From NCBI GenBank assembly GCA_964270895.1, contig OZ185446.1: a stretch of 64,000 nucleotides of DNA; one strand, written 5' to 3'. The first letter of the stretch is position 1. Every line of letters starts with the position of its first letter. Under the pieces are notes generated by a model that saw only the letters and a list, made by a program, of their open reading frames with translations, was not told the DNA's origin and ran no database searches. Both the position numbers and the translations under genes were made by a program. Origin of the DNA: Podarcis filfolensis (lineage: Eukaryota). This document shows positions 37,667 through 50,131 of the stretch, in pieces.

Positions 37667-37827
37667 GTGGATTCACATAGAATGTGACAGATTTCCCGAT
37701 AACGAACTGGATACTCACTTAAAAGAATACACTTGCAGTCATTGCAAATACTTAGAAGCAGAAGAGGAACATGCACAGGCATGTGATGTGATGGATACTG
37801 CCCAACCTCTTCCTGAAACTGGTGCAG
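37667..37827 (+). CDS. KMT2C: KMT2C exon 11 (161 nt) WIHIECDRFPDNELDTHLKEYTCSHCKYLEAEEEHAQACDVMDTAQPLPETGA
   Basis: ttcccttag|GTGGA...TGCAG|gtaaaa. Confidence 0.93.
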
Positions 37828-39502
37828 GTAAAAGACACTCTTTCTCCTTTCATATTTTCCATGCCCACTGCTTGTCTTTCATTTGATATTTGGGGAGCAC
37901 TTCCTATATAATATTATGGCTGCCAACATTGCAGCCAAAAATCACTGGGGGGGGGGATAAAATAATCTTTTAAAAATCTTCACACTACTGTACGTCATTG
38001 AGATTGCAGCTCCAAAGGCTCTCAGGACAAAGCCAGAAAACCTTTAACACTAAAACATCTTCCAGAAATTGAATATCGAATTTTATAGCAGCATTCTCAG
38101 CTTTTTTAAAAAGGGGAACATGCTGCCAAGCAGACTATTTTATTGAATAGGTTTTGCCATGGTTTGTACTTGAAGAAAAATTGTGGAATATATTCTTGTC
38201 TCACAGCAAGAGTGGCAATGCCATTTTAACAACAAAGAAAAATATGAAGCTATTATAGGAGATGGGTTGTTTCATTCCATACTCCCAAGAGATTACTTTT
38301 GTACAATAATTTCAGATTTGAAACCAATGTAAATGATCATTTCCTCATACTGAAGTTTTCACTTTAATGATGTCAGTCTCCAAGACGAACAGATTAGTTA
38401 CTGAATTCAGCAGCACTCCAAATTGTTCTGCCATTTTGAACTTTGCTAGGCTGTTTCACATAAAAAGACATATTCATATGCCTTTTAACAGTAATATTCT
38501 CTGTGGATCTTCTTTTTAGGAGCTAAGAGTTTAATATTCTTGTAGAGGTCGTCTCCATGCTCCTGCTTGCTTTTGTGCATTTTAATGAGTTTTACTAGTA
38601 TGAAAGCATGTTACTGTTCTGGCTTTTTAAAAGTAGATTTCAGGTTAGGATATACTACAGAGAGTTTGTGACCAAAAGATAGGTTATTAATTTGAAATGT
38701 TGGGATTTTACAGCTTTTACAAGTTTTACAATCCAAGTTTAGCATTTCTTCTTTGTTTGCATTGAATCATGGACATAGAATAAAAGTTTCCTATTTTACA
38801 CTTTGATAAAGTCTGTGGATGTCACTGAGGTTCAAGCTATATCTAGGATCAGTCTTAAATGGCAATGTTAATTTGTACAAGAATGTTAATACTTGTGCTA
38901 CAATTCTGCCAAATTTAAAGCAGTACAAGCTTTAGGACACTTTACCCTGACAGAAGTGCATATGGTATCCTAGTTGATTATGAAACTCATTCCCATAACT
39001 TATGAATAAGATATTCTCTTATACCCAAATTTTGTACTTATCATCTAACTCATTCAGATCATGCTGACAGCATTCAGGCATAACAGTAAAACATAGTTAT
39101 CTGTTTACTGTGTATGAATTTATCCCGCTTGCTTCACTCTTCCCATCTACTACTGGGATGAAACATACCACAATTTTTGGCATAGCATTATGCCTGAACC
39201 AAGGATTATGACTTGTTTTGTAGTAAAACAAAGCACAAATTTTGGCTACAGATCATGGTTTGATCAAAGCATGTATTGCTAAACCAGGGATTATGGTTTG
39301 TTTCTCCCCAGTGCTGGTGTCGAAGAATAATGTGGGTGCATTAGCTTGTGCATAGTAAACCATTAACTGTGTGTGCTCACTGTTAAAATATCATTTTGTG
39401 GAAGCAAAAAGGTCAAGCTTCAAAATAAGTTAATGATTGTGAGTAATACAATAAATGCTGCATGAAGATTTTTAAAAATGTTTGCTGCTTATGTTTGTGC
39501 AG

Positions 39503-39604
39503 ATGAAATGGAAACAGAAGAAGGAGGAGATGTAGCCAACAAGGACCAACTAGTAACAGATAGCATCCTTGCTCAAGAATCAACGGTTAAGTGTGGCACA
39601 GATG
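39503..39604 (+). CDS. KMT2C: KMT2C exon 12 (102 nt) DEMETEEGGDVANKDQLVTDSILAQESTVKCGTD, acidic linker
   Basis: tttgtgcag|ATGAA...GATG|gtaaga; phase 1-1; EMET and QEST motifs resemble human exon 12; missed by the ORF track. Confidence 0.85.
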
Positions 39605-41409
39605 GTAAGAGCGTTTTTCTTTTGATGTGACACAGTACACCCATATACACATAAATACTGTATGTGGAATCTATTTTCAAAAATCTACATCCAAAAGCAT
39701 TTGGAGAATTAAGATGTTTCTTTTTCTTTTTTGAGGATGGGCCATTGGAACAGTATTGTTAAGGTCTTCAAAACAAATGCACAATATAAAAGTACAAAAT
39801 AATTTCTATAATAGGCAGTGGAGTTAATAGTTGATTACAGTACTGGACTTTTCTTGCCAAGGCTGGGATGCCTCTATGCATCCTGCTCCCTTGAGCAGTC
39901 GAATGAGGGAAGTCTGTTATTCATTCCCAATGGTAGGGAAGAATTAAAAGATTTTTGTGAATGCCAATTTAGAAGGCAGTGAAAAAAAGCAGGAGAAGCA
40001 AGATAATTTTTTTAAAATTATGCAAATGCCACTGGGGGTGAAAGTCAGCATATGGAGAAAATGCCAGTTGGAAAAGTCATAGGGAGAAAACTAAGTTAAG
40101 GATCACAGAGGTTAAAAAAAAATGAACATGAGGGTCTCATGTGCAGCTTTTGCCTAAAGACAAAACTAAAAATAAGTATCATCTTTCAATCTTACTACAC
40201 TTAACTATAAGCTTCAGTGATCCAAAGATCAGGGTATAGATTTGGTTTAATAGTTCTGTATGACATTCATATGATGATGATTGATTAGATTTATATAGCC
40301 ATTAATCCATAAACATTTCCTGGGTGGCCTACAACAAAATATTAAAAATGAAATATATAATAGTAATAAACCAGCAAGTCAGGAGAAGGCATTTATTGCC
40401 AATGGTTATGCCATAGATTTCCTTGCACCACCTCCATTTTAAAAGCCTGGGTGTGTAAAAGGGTCTTGTTTTTGTTTTAAAAAACTGGCTTTTGAAAAAT
40501 AACATAAAGAAGGGGCCAGGTGATCTTCTCTGGAGAGCCTGTTCTGGAGCCAAGATGCCCCTATCAAAAAGGCTCTGTTTCTACCTCGCTTTACTTCACT
40601 GGGGCACCGAAGAACACCTCAAGTTCAAATAGGCATTATGAATCTGCATTGTTATGTGCTAAATTATGCTTTGTTTGGAATAATGATAAACTAAGCAGAC
40701 CCAAAGGCAGACCCGAAGGTATTTACTTATTTCACATTTATTTATTTCACATTTATATACTACTTTGTTGTAAACAAACCTTAAAACAGTCTACAAAAAG
40801 AATAGAGCAATAAAATTAGCAGTGAATAAAACCAAGTATTCGAAACATTTAAAAAAATTAAAATCAACTATTAGCTAAAAACCAGATTAAATACATGACA
40901 GTGTCTTCATTTCTGGATAAGTTTGCCTAAACCAAAAATTTTTTAGCTGGCACCCACCTCATATCCATAGATAGTGAGTTCCAACGTGCTGCCACACTAA
41001 AAGATTGATTTCCTTCAGGTGAAGAATGAGTATTATGTGGCTTGTGCATATTTAGTACCTCACTATGCAGGAGATATTCTGATGTTTAAGGTGAAGAAAA
41101 TGATAGGGGATTATTTAGTGATGTTGAAATTGGTACTGGATAATAGATATTCTAGACTTCATTGCATTTTAGTGGTGGATAGTTCAATGAAAACAAAAAC
41201 TCAGTGTGTAGCTCTCTGGCTTAGCCATCTTGTCAGTTGAAAGCAAAGTAGCAAAAGGAATTGATTTTGATGATGTGATTTCAAAATTTGCAGAGAACAA
41301 AGTTAGGAAAAAAGTTTTTAAGTGCTTATGCTCACAATGTTAAGTAAATAAACCAGAAAATAACACTTGCAACTGTAAGTATCTTATTTTTCCTTCTTTT
41401 AATAATTTC

Positions 41410-41471
41410 AATGGGGGGGACGGACAAGAAATTTTCTGCGCCGGGTACCACCTGACCTTGCTACGCCACTG
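41410..41471. mobile_element. Solo right end of the hAT MITE family seen at 58731
   Basis: tgcgccgggt...gctacgccactg matches the right TIR of 58731-58899; no left TIR found. Confidence 0.6.
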
Positions 41472-41786
41472 ACACTGGGTAGAGTTTTGGTCACTGTACA
41501 TAAAGAAGGAAATTGCAGAGCTGGGAAATGAACCGAAAAGGGCAGTCAGCATGACTGGGGCTTTGTGCATCTTCCCTGTAAGGGAAGGCTAAAGTGTTCT
41601 CAGGATTAAGTTTCAAACTATGGGCCATCTAATTGAATTGATTAACATTTGAATCAGGACAAAGAAGCAGGAACTATTTTTTCATACTTTATTTGCTCAA
41701 GAGCTAGACAGACCATGGAAGATAGTTCTGCCGATGGCTATTAGCTATGAATGCTAAATGGAACCCATATGGTTTGATCATATGAT

Positions 41787-41970
41787 TTTGTTGCTTAGTC
41801 GTTTAGTCGTGTCTGACTCTTCATGACCCCATGGACCAGAGCACGCCAGGCACTCCTGTCTTCCACTGCCTCCCGCAGTTTGGTCAAACTCATGTTAGTA
41901 GCTTCGAGATAACTGTCCAACCATCTCATCCTCTGTTGTCCCCTTCTCCTTGTGCCCTCAATCTTTCCCA
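41787..41970 (-). mobile_element. 5'-truncated BovB (RTE) LINE 3' end
   Basis: Minus-strand LGKIEGTRRRGQQRMRWLD...KLREAVEDRSAWRALVHGVMKSQTRLND matches the BovB ORF C-terminus; 11-bp TSD gatcatatgat at 41776-41786 and 41972-41982. Confidence 0.92.
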
Positions 41971-42166
41971 AGATCATATGATACAGAATGATAATAGAAT
42001 ATCTTCAGAATTTCAAGATGTAGGACTAGCAGTACAGGCCACACACGCTTGTAACTGTTCACATATTTTTCACATATTTCACAAATGTTCACATATTTTT
42101 TAAAAGACACTTTACACTAGAGATACTCTAATTTCAGACTCAAATGAAATGTTCTATTTATTTCAG

Positions 42167-42879
42167 GCTTCTCATTAAATGAAAATAATGGTGAACTGGA
42201 AACAGAGGCTCCTGACCATTTTGGTAAAAGCGAAATAGAAACATCTCCTAAAAAGACTCCTGCATCTGATCTTAATCATGCTGATAAAAAGATGGAAATG
42301 GCAGAAAATATTTCAAATACAATGCAGCAAGTCTTAGACAAGCAAACTGAGGAAACAAAACAATCACAGGAAAGCACTGAAGTATTTGAAATGTCCACAG
42401 AGGAATCTCAGCTTCCACCAGAGATACCTGAGGATGTAGCAAAGATATCGGAAACCTTCAATTTGGTCAATAGCGAGAGCAGCTCCTGTAAGAAGGAAGA
42501 GCAAGTAGAAACAACGATGGTGTCAGAAGCTGCAGAAGGAGATGACACTCCTGAAAATTATGAAACGTCATCTCTTCCTGCAAATGAAAGTTGTGCAACT
42601 GACAGTTCACCATTGGAAGATAAATCTTTAAAGTCACCAGCTGAAACACAGTCTTTATTTTCATCATCTGTTGAATTGAACAAGTCCAGTGTATCTTCCT
42701 CACCAGCAGCCTCACTAGAGTTAGGCTCTTCACATGACACAATGCGTAGTCAGATGTCACCACTAGAATCCTCTATAACTCTTCCAACAACATACGTATC
42801 GCTCACTCCAAAAATTGGAATGGGAAAACCAGCTATCACCAAAAGAAAGTTTTCTCCTGGGAGACCAAGGTCAAGACAG
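42167..42879 (+). CDS. KMT2C: KMT2C exon 14 (713 nt), Glu/Ser-rich linker ending LTPKIGMGKPAITKRKFSPGRPRSRQ
   Basis: tatttcag|GCTTC...AGACAG|gtgagc; in frame with track ORF 42292-42897. Confidence 0.93.
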
Positions 42880-43761
42880 GTGAGCATGTTTTACTGAAAT
42901 CAGTTACAAAAAGCATTTTAGTTGTATTGTTTACCCGAATCATTACTTTGGCTATGACACCAAGAGAGGTATTTGTTTTGCCTTCCTGTCTGAAACTGAG
43001 ACTACAGAGTCTGTTGTTAGCTTCTTAGTACACTTCTTTACCAACAATTTACTGTGGAGAACTGATTTCATGAGCAAATGTTTGTACAGATTTTGTCAGA
43101 AAGAAAGAAAAAGAAATAATTATGTTTCCTGTGGTTTTTCTGAAAGGTTTGTATTCTGGAATTAATTCAGGGTAAAGCATATTTTCCAATATTACTAATT
43201 TAGCTAGAGTGTTCAGATGTCCAGACCAAACATTTATTACTTGTAGGTGGTGAAAAACAATGCTGTTCAAAGATTTACTGTGCAAGTCTCATTTAATTCT
43301 CTTTAGAACCCACACATTACTTAGATAATTTATTTCACTGCTGATTTCATGAACCTCTTTATAGTTTCCCCCTCTATTCTTAGTCTACATATATATTCTA
43401 AATGAAATAATATTAATTGGTAAAAAGAGAATAAAATGTCCTGATAAAATGGCTGATTTAGATTTCTAATTATTATAAATTATTCCTAGGTGCAGGAACC
43501 TTAAAAAACAAATGGATTTTCCTGTGAAAGTTGTTTTTCATTTAGACAGGTTCCACCCCCCCGAAGAGTAAAATAATTAATGTTTTTATTTTATCACAAT
43601 TTATTTAATGTTCATGCTGTGCTTAATACTGAATACATAATTAGCCACGTCTGCTTTAGCCCACACAATTTTTGGTACAGCAATGGGTTTCACTGACTTC
43701 TACTAAATTATAATCCATTTTATATTTTCTTTGCAACCTCTCTTTAACAATAATGCATATA

Positions 43762-43991
43762 TAGTGGAACCTCAGAAGCTGAACGCCTTTTAACTCAAAC
43801 CTTTCGGCTCCCAAGTGATCGAAACCCGGAAGTGATTGTTCCAGTTTTCAGAAGCCGAAAGTCCAGCATGGCTTCCGATTGGCTGCAGGATGCTCCTGCA
43901 GCCAATCAGAAGCCACGCATTGGGAGCTGAACGGTTTGGATGTCAAACGGACTTCTGGAACGGATTCCGTTCTACTTCCAAGGTACAACTG
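43762..43991. mobile_element. Tc1/mariner MITE
   Basis: TA|TAGTGGAACCT...AGGTACAACTG|TA; internal 14-bp inverted repeat gattggctgcagga/tcctgcagccaatc. Confidence 0.85.
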
Positions 43992-46900
43992 TATAGTTAT
44001 GGGTCCAATCCTATGTTCACTGGAAGATCTGCCCTCAGACTCTTCCTTAGCAAGGAAGGTGGACTGCCGTCGCACCTCTGGCTTTACTGATGCTCTAATG
44101 GTGGAAAAGGCAAAAAGGAGGCATGTAAGGGACTGATTGGGGGAGGACTTCTAGTCCCCTGACACGCAGTGGCAGCACTAGAAAAAATGGGCAGGGGCTC
44201 AGAAGAGAAATATATGTCTAGGTGGACAAGTTGTTAAGGTCTCTGAAAGAAAATTAACAGTATATGTTAATGTAGAGTCCAGCAACTGGGCATGCATTGA
44301 AGGGCAGCATTCTAAGTTTTACTCAGAGCAGATCCATTTTTTGGCTCTCCCAAAAAATCTCAACAACTTTTGAGGTCGCAGTCTCTTGGAAGTTGGACAT
44401 GCCTGGTATAATGTATTAATTGCCTAGTCTTTTAATTGAGAGTCTGAGAACCAACCGCATGAGAATCAATAGAAACTGTAATCTAGAAAAAGACCAATTA
44501 TATAGGTAAACAGTTTTGCTTTTGGGAAATGAAGAAGCAAAATAAGACCCACTTGATTGAGCAGTATGTAAAACTTTAAGCATTTGTATCTCAAAATTGC
44601 CTCTTATCTAGCTGTCAAGAATAGATTTTGGGTGCAATTCAGATAAAATGTAGCATACCTAATGTATGAAACCTGCTTCCTTCTTTCCTCAATTATTGGG
44701 GGAGGTGACAGGTTAGCACTTGGAAGGTAAACACCCATTCTAGGCAAGCCATTAGAAACAAATTGTGTTATAAGCCAATATCTTATGCTTTTGAATGCTA
44801 TCAGTTCAGTCTTTTGTTTTCATTTCTCTGGTTACTATATTGGTGCTAGTATGTAACCTTTAAAGTTGTATTTTTACTCTTTTGTTATCCTTGCCCCTAA
44901 ATCATGTGCTAGACATATATAGGATTTTGTGTATTTCATCTGGCAAAGGACAATTAGCTTTCATACTACTAATTAGGAATTAGTTTGTGGGGAAATGGGT
45001 CTCTTGTATTTGCGTTTTTAAATCTTGCCTGTTTAAATCATTCCCTGACTGCAAAAAGGTAAGTAATGGGAGTACTTACCTCCACTAATTTGGATGGCAT
45101 TTGGATGGTATACTTGTGCAGGCCTTAATGCTTTTGTAGACAGGTAGCTGGCAGAATAAGAAATTCTCTTCAAGAAAGATGACAATGTTAGGAAATGAAG
45201 AGATCCAGGAGCACTGGTCTGCTTTTCAAAGCTTATGTTGGCCATGCAACTTAGCTATAAAGAAGTTGGTAAAAGTGTATCAGTGACTCGCGGCACTTCC
45301 TGCTCTGCCTAAATAAATGTACTGTGAGAGTGCCTCTTCTTACCACCTATGTTCCAGAAGTCCGAAACTTTCCATAAATACACCTGAGATTTGAGAAGAT
45401 GTTGTGGGCACCATCATAAAATGGCTGCCATGGACACATGATCCATTACAGAAAGGCTGCTGCTGAGTGGACACTGCCTGTTTAAAAATGTTGGGAGCCA
45501 CAGAAGAAATTCAAGATGTATTCGCCTCCTCTGCAACCTTCCTGCATCTTTAAACACAATTTTGATTTGTCCCATGCATGCTTAGTTCCAGAAAATATGG
45601 CATGCTGCCTAAGATATTTGAGGAATTACATGAATACTATTTCAGTTTACATAAATATCCTAACACAGACCATGGGAAGTTCTGATGATTTACCACAGAG
45701 GTTGATGTAGGGACATAATTATATAAATTCTGACCACACTAGGTTTAACTTGTAGCTTTCATTTAAGAGAATGTTGGGGGTTTAGATAGAGAGAAAGCAA
45801 ACATGCTGCCATTTTGAAGGCAGTTGTGGCAAAGCAATATTATGCACATTTACCAGCCAGCGTGCCTTAAGTCTCAATAAAAATAATTACCACTACCGAC
45901 ACTGACCAGTATGCATGCAAAGGCTCACTGGATAAATGCAGCTTAGTTTTTTGTTTTAATGGGGCTGCTCAGGAGCCTTTTGAAAAAGGAAACTGCACTA
46001 CTACAAAGACACATAATTTTATAGTTCTAGCAGGACCCTGGAGTTTCCAGTGGTGGATATTATTGGTGTGTTCTGCTTCTTCTTCATTCTGATTGGTTAG
46101 AGTTGTGCAGGAGTTGGTTTCCATCAGGGTCACACTCCCTGATAGCACAGTTAATAATAGATAATCCACTCCTGCATGATCAACCAGAAAAAATAGAGGT
46201 AGGACACATCTGTAATATCAGACTGGAACTTGCTTGCTGTTGAACTGCTGCCTCTTCCTGCTACTTGCTGGCTGTGCCCCACCTTGGCTTTGTTCTTGTT
46301 CATTATAGGCAAGTAGGAATGGACTTTCCACTGGGCAGTGTAGTTGTTATTAACTTTTTTCTTAAACTTTTGATCTATGTTGTTGATGCTGTGTGTTTCT
46401 TTATTAATCTATATCAATTCTAAGGAAATGGCAGTTTGTTTCAGAGTGTACACCAATTGCTACTTTTTGTTTTATTTTTGTTTTAAGTAAATGAGCTTTC
46501 TCCTGAGTTGTGCTTTCATGGACATTAATCAAAAGCCTGAGTGTTCTTCCTGTTTTTGAGAATCTCTTTTGAAGATAATGGTCTTATTTAGACATGGCGC
46601 CAGATTATGATTTGGGTAGTTAACGAATTAATCTTCTGATGATGAACTCACTCACATGTGCTAATTGCTTTCATTATTTCCTGATTCTTGACAAACCATA
46701 TTTTGCTATTTTGTCTGTTTATATAACACTAGTGTATCAGCTGACACCTTCAAGAAGCTAGCTACACACACAAATGTAGAAATATTCTTATGTTTAGTAT
46801 ATTTAGGATGAAATTTCATAGAATCATATTTTAGTACTTTTATTATTTAGTGCTACAGGACTTCTTAGCACTAGAGTAGCCTAAAATATTTTGTTGTACA

Positions 46901-47990
46901 AGTGTCAGTTTGATAAAACAACTGTATTTCTGAGGGTACCTAAAGTTTAGAGACTTCTTCCAGTTATGAGAGGGAAGAGGAAGCTGTTATCCTCCAGAGA
47001 CATTGTGGGACTCCATCAGTACTAGCCAGCACGGGATGATAGAACTTGCAGTTCAGTCACAATTGGAGGGCCACAGTGTCTCCAATCCTGAAATTTGAGG
47101 AACCCTATTCCTAAATATTTTTGTGTGTGGAAACTGAGAGCATTACTGATACTGTTCAAAGAAACAGCCACCTGTTACACTTACTGTAGATGCATAGCAA
47201 AAGTGAAATAAAGATTAGCAAGGATTGGGGGTGGAGAGTATTGCAAATGCAGTTCTGGGATCCTTACAGATGACGTCTGATCCCCAGTCTCCATCTAGGG
47301 ATTGTATCCATTTTTGGACTCTACAGAATACAATATATTAGGCACTTATAGACATGATTGCTTGCTAATTTTATTTGATATAAGAATTTCAGTTGGTTTT
47401 TTTAATAGTGCTTGGGTGGTATAGCTTCAGCTCATGGATATTTTAACTGTTCGTTTATTTTTCATTTTCATATTATACCTTTTATTTTAATCCATTTTTG
47501 TCTGCTATGCTTCTTAGCTTTTCTGGTTTGTAATTTTTAAAATTTTATTTTAACAGTCACACAACATAGCCCAAGTCAGTTGCCTTCTCCAAGATGCAGA
47601 CTGAAATACAGAAATAATATTGCCGTAAAAATATAGCCATGATCCCAAATGGGTGTATCTTGGTTTAGTATTGTAGTAATAAAAGTTATAACTGAGTCAC
47701 AGTCACACTTCATCTCTTCCTCATGCCAAGCAATCTTTTGTTTTCCGGCAGTGCTTCTCTTTTATATTTATTATTTAATCAACATTTTATTCACACTTGA
47801 AGTCTGATGCTCATCCTGTATAAATGTGAGTGCTAGGCTGAAATTTATCCCAGTAAGTCCATGTGTTTGTTAAACCAAGTATTTGTGTGCCTGCATGTGC
47901 TTTGCTTTCAGAACTTTTTATTTGCGTTCTTTATTTTTATTTTATTTGGCTGAGTTTTATACATCTATTTTCTCACCTGACATATCCTAG

Positions 47991-48110
47991 GGGGCTTGGA
48001 GTAGCCATAATACAGTGAGCCCACCTTCCTGGTCCCCAGACATTTCAGAAGGTCGGGAAACTTTTAAGTCCAGACCGCTACCTGGCAGTGCCATATGGAG
48101 CATCAAAGTG
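47991..48110 (+). CDS. KMT2C: KMT2C exon 15 (120 nt) GAWSSHNTVSPPSWSPDISEGRETFKSRPLPGSAIWSIKV
   Basis: atatcctag|GGGGCT...AAAGTG|gtaatt. Confidence 0.96.
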
Positions 48111-48611
48111 GTAATTAATTTGTATTTATATTCTTGTTATCCTTTGCTATCTCTCTGCTGTTCTCCATTATAAAAAGATACTAATGAAAACTCTTCTGAA
48201 GCATAGCTAAATTAATATGCTACTTAAACCCAGTTTTTAAACAGCTGTATAACTTGCTTTTTAAAAATCCCTACATTCTCTCTCAGTGCATGCAGAATGA
48301 ATATTGAGTCAATTTCTAATTCAGCTGTATGCGGTGCTTAACGCCTATAGGGTGTATTCTGTACACTGTAACTGGGCCATGTTGTATGTTATGAGTTACT
48401 GCTATCATCTGAATGGAGTCTAAAATAAAACATAGATGGGAGACCAATGTATATGGTGTCTGAAACCTTCAGTGGCCAGTGCATACTTTAGAGGTTGCTG
48501 TAAAACTAGTTTTCTCTGCTCCTCCTCCAGAAGGTCTCACACAAAGGGCTGCAGATTATTATTTCCAGACAAAGAGTTTTATGGCAGCTTGTTACTAACA
48601 TAAAAAGTAAA

Positions 48612-48735
48612 GGTAGCTGTGCGGCTCCACAAAGTCAAAAATCCATATTAGGACAGTACCTTTATTAGGTCAACCAAAATATCACAAAATAGTATGCAAG
48701 GTTCTGAATTTTCCAGAATTCTTCACCAGAATCTA
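48612..48735 (-). mobile_element. Old Penelope-like terminal fragment with decayed hammerhead
   Basis: Reverse complement reads tgaagaattctggaaaattcagaaccttgca...ctaataaaggt...gcacagctacc. Confidence 0.55.
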
Positions 48736-49797
48736 GCCTAACTAAGAATTTTTTAAATCTCAAAAGCTGAATTACTAAATGTGCCCTGAAAGATTATCAG
48801 CATAATATAGATACAGTACAGATAAAATCAATATTTTTATTTTTGCAGTATTTTTGTGAAGGTTATTGTATTACCTCTTGTTTACTAGGTGCTGCTGCTT
48901 TTTGTTGTGCTTCCTGTATCAAAATAACATTTAGTTGTATACATTATTAGAAGAGATGAACTCTGTATCTAGAGTAACCAGCCTAAGACCTGAACAAGCT
49001 GAAAAGAACTTTTCTTCTCATGAGACTTAGAATTGTTCATTTGTATTCTCATTTTCAGCATGCCCACGTTTGATTGATATGTTTGTATCAGTAATTGTGC
49101 TATTAATTTAATATTAAGTTTCATGAAAACATGTCCTTTCTTCCTGTATCATTTACAAATTTTATAAATGATGTAAATTAATGGTGTGTTGGTACTTTCA
49201 GTTGATAACATCCTTCTAGGACTATCTGTGGAGCTAGAGTGAACATTGTTGTGAATTTTCTCTTAGCAAGCAATACTTTTACTCCCCCTCCCCATTTTCT
49301 CAAGTCATCGATGTCTTTTACATACCTTGTGAATAGCGTGTAGTGTTAGGCATGCCTTTGATGAGATTGATGGGAAGCTACTCTTAAGCCAATGCAGGAT
49401 ATAAGCATAGAGTGGAATCTAGTTGGTGCCTGCTAATCAGAGAGAAAGGAAACATTATTTGCCAGGTGACCTTTCAGGACAGATTATTGGGTAGCAAAAA
49501 CTTCCTCTCCTCCTCTTCTGCTAGCAAATGACTCCCACTAAATCAAAAACCCCACCTGGATCAAAATTCATAATAAGAAACTTGACAAAGGTTCATAGGC
49601 TGCAACCCTCACTATATGCTGTGTATCAAGATCTGTTCATATCTGCAGTCCCTGCTGTGGGACATGCTCATGTGAAAAATACTGCTGTGTTGCAAAATAC
49701 AAAATCCTGTTGTATTCTTACAAAGTCTGTGTTATAAGGAACATTTCTATGAAGCATTGCTTAGTTCCATCCAAATGTTTTAATTTGCTTTAAATAG

Positions 49798-49914
49798 GGT
49801 CGTGGCTCAGGGTTTCCTGGAAAGCGGAGACCACGTGGTGCAGGCCTTTCTGGAAGAGGTGGACGGGGGAGATCAAAACTTAAAAATGGAATTGGATCTT
49901 TTCTTTCTCCAGGG
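49798..49914 (+). CDS. KMT2C: KMT2C exon 16 (117 nt) GRGSGFPGKRRPRGAGLSGRGGRGRSKLKNGIGSFLSPG (RG-rich)
   Basis: taaatag|GGTCGT...CCAGGG|gtaaga. Confidence 0.96.
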
Positions 49915-50029
49915 GTAAGAATCTCTAGCATATTATTTGAGCAGGCAGAAGTCTTGATTCGTGTCTCTGCTCACAATGATCTGCTTTTACTGCCAGAAAA
50001 CTTAAGTTTTTGTTTTCTTTTATTTGTAG

Positions 50030-50131
50030 GTCACAGATATGGACATTTCATCTAACAAAGACGAGGAAGAAAACTCAATGCACAATACTGTTGTTCTGTT
50101 TTCTAGCAGTGACAAGTTTACTTTGCATCAG
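50030..50131 (+). CDS. KMT2C: KMT2C exon 17 (102 nt) VTDMDISSNKDEEENSMHNTVVLFSSSDKFTLHQ
   Basis: tatttgtag|GTCACA...CATCAG|gttgca; 115-nt upstream intron. Confidence 0.95.

Noticed and set aside
41795-41977. Standalone 60-aa minus-strand gene
   Set aside because: It is the C-terminal fragment of a truncated BovB ORF; the start is not a genuine initiation context
42138-42166. Alternative upstream acceptor for exon 14 (atttcag at 42137)
   Set aside because: Adds 29 nt and shifts the frame; 42167 keeps the frame
46639-46684. C/D box snoRNA (ATGATGA...CTGA)
   Set aside because: Only 46 nt between boxes, no D'/C' boxes and no convincing terminal stem
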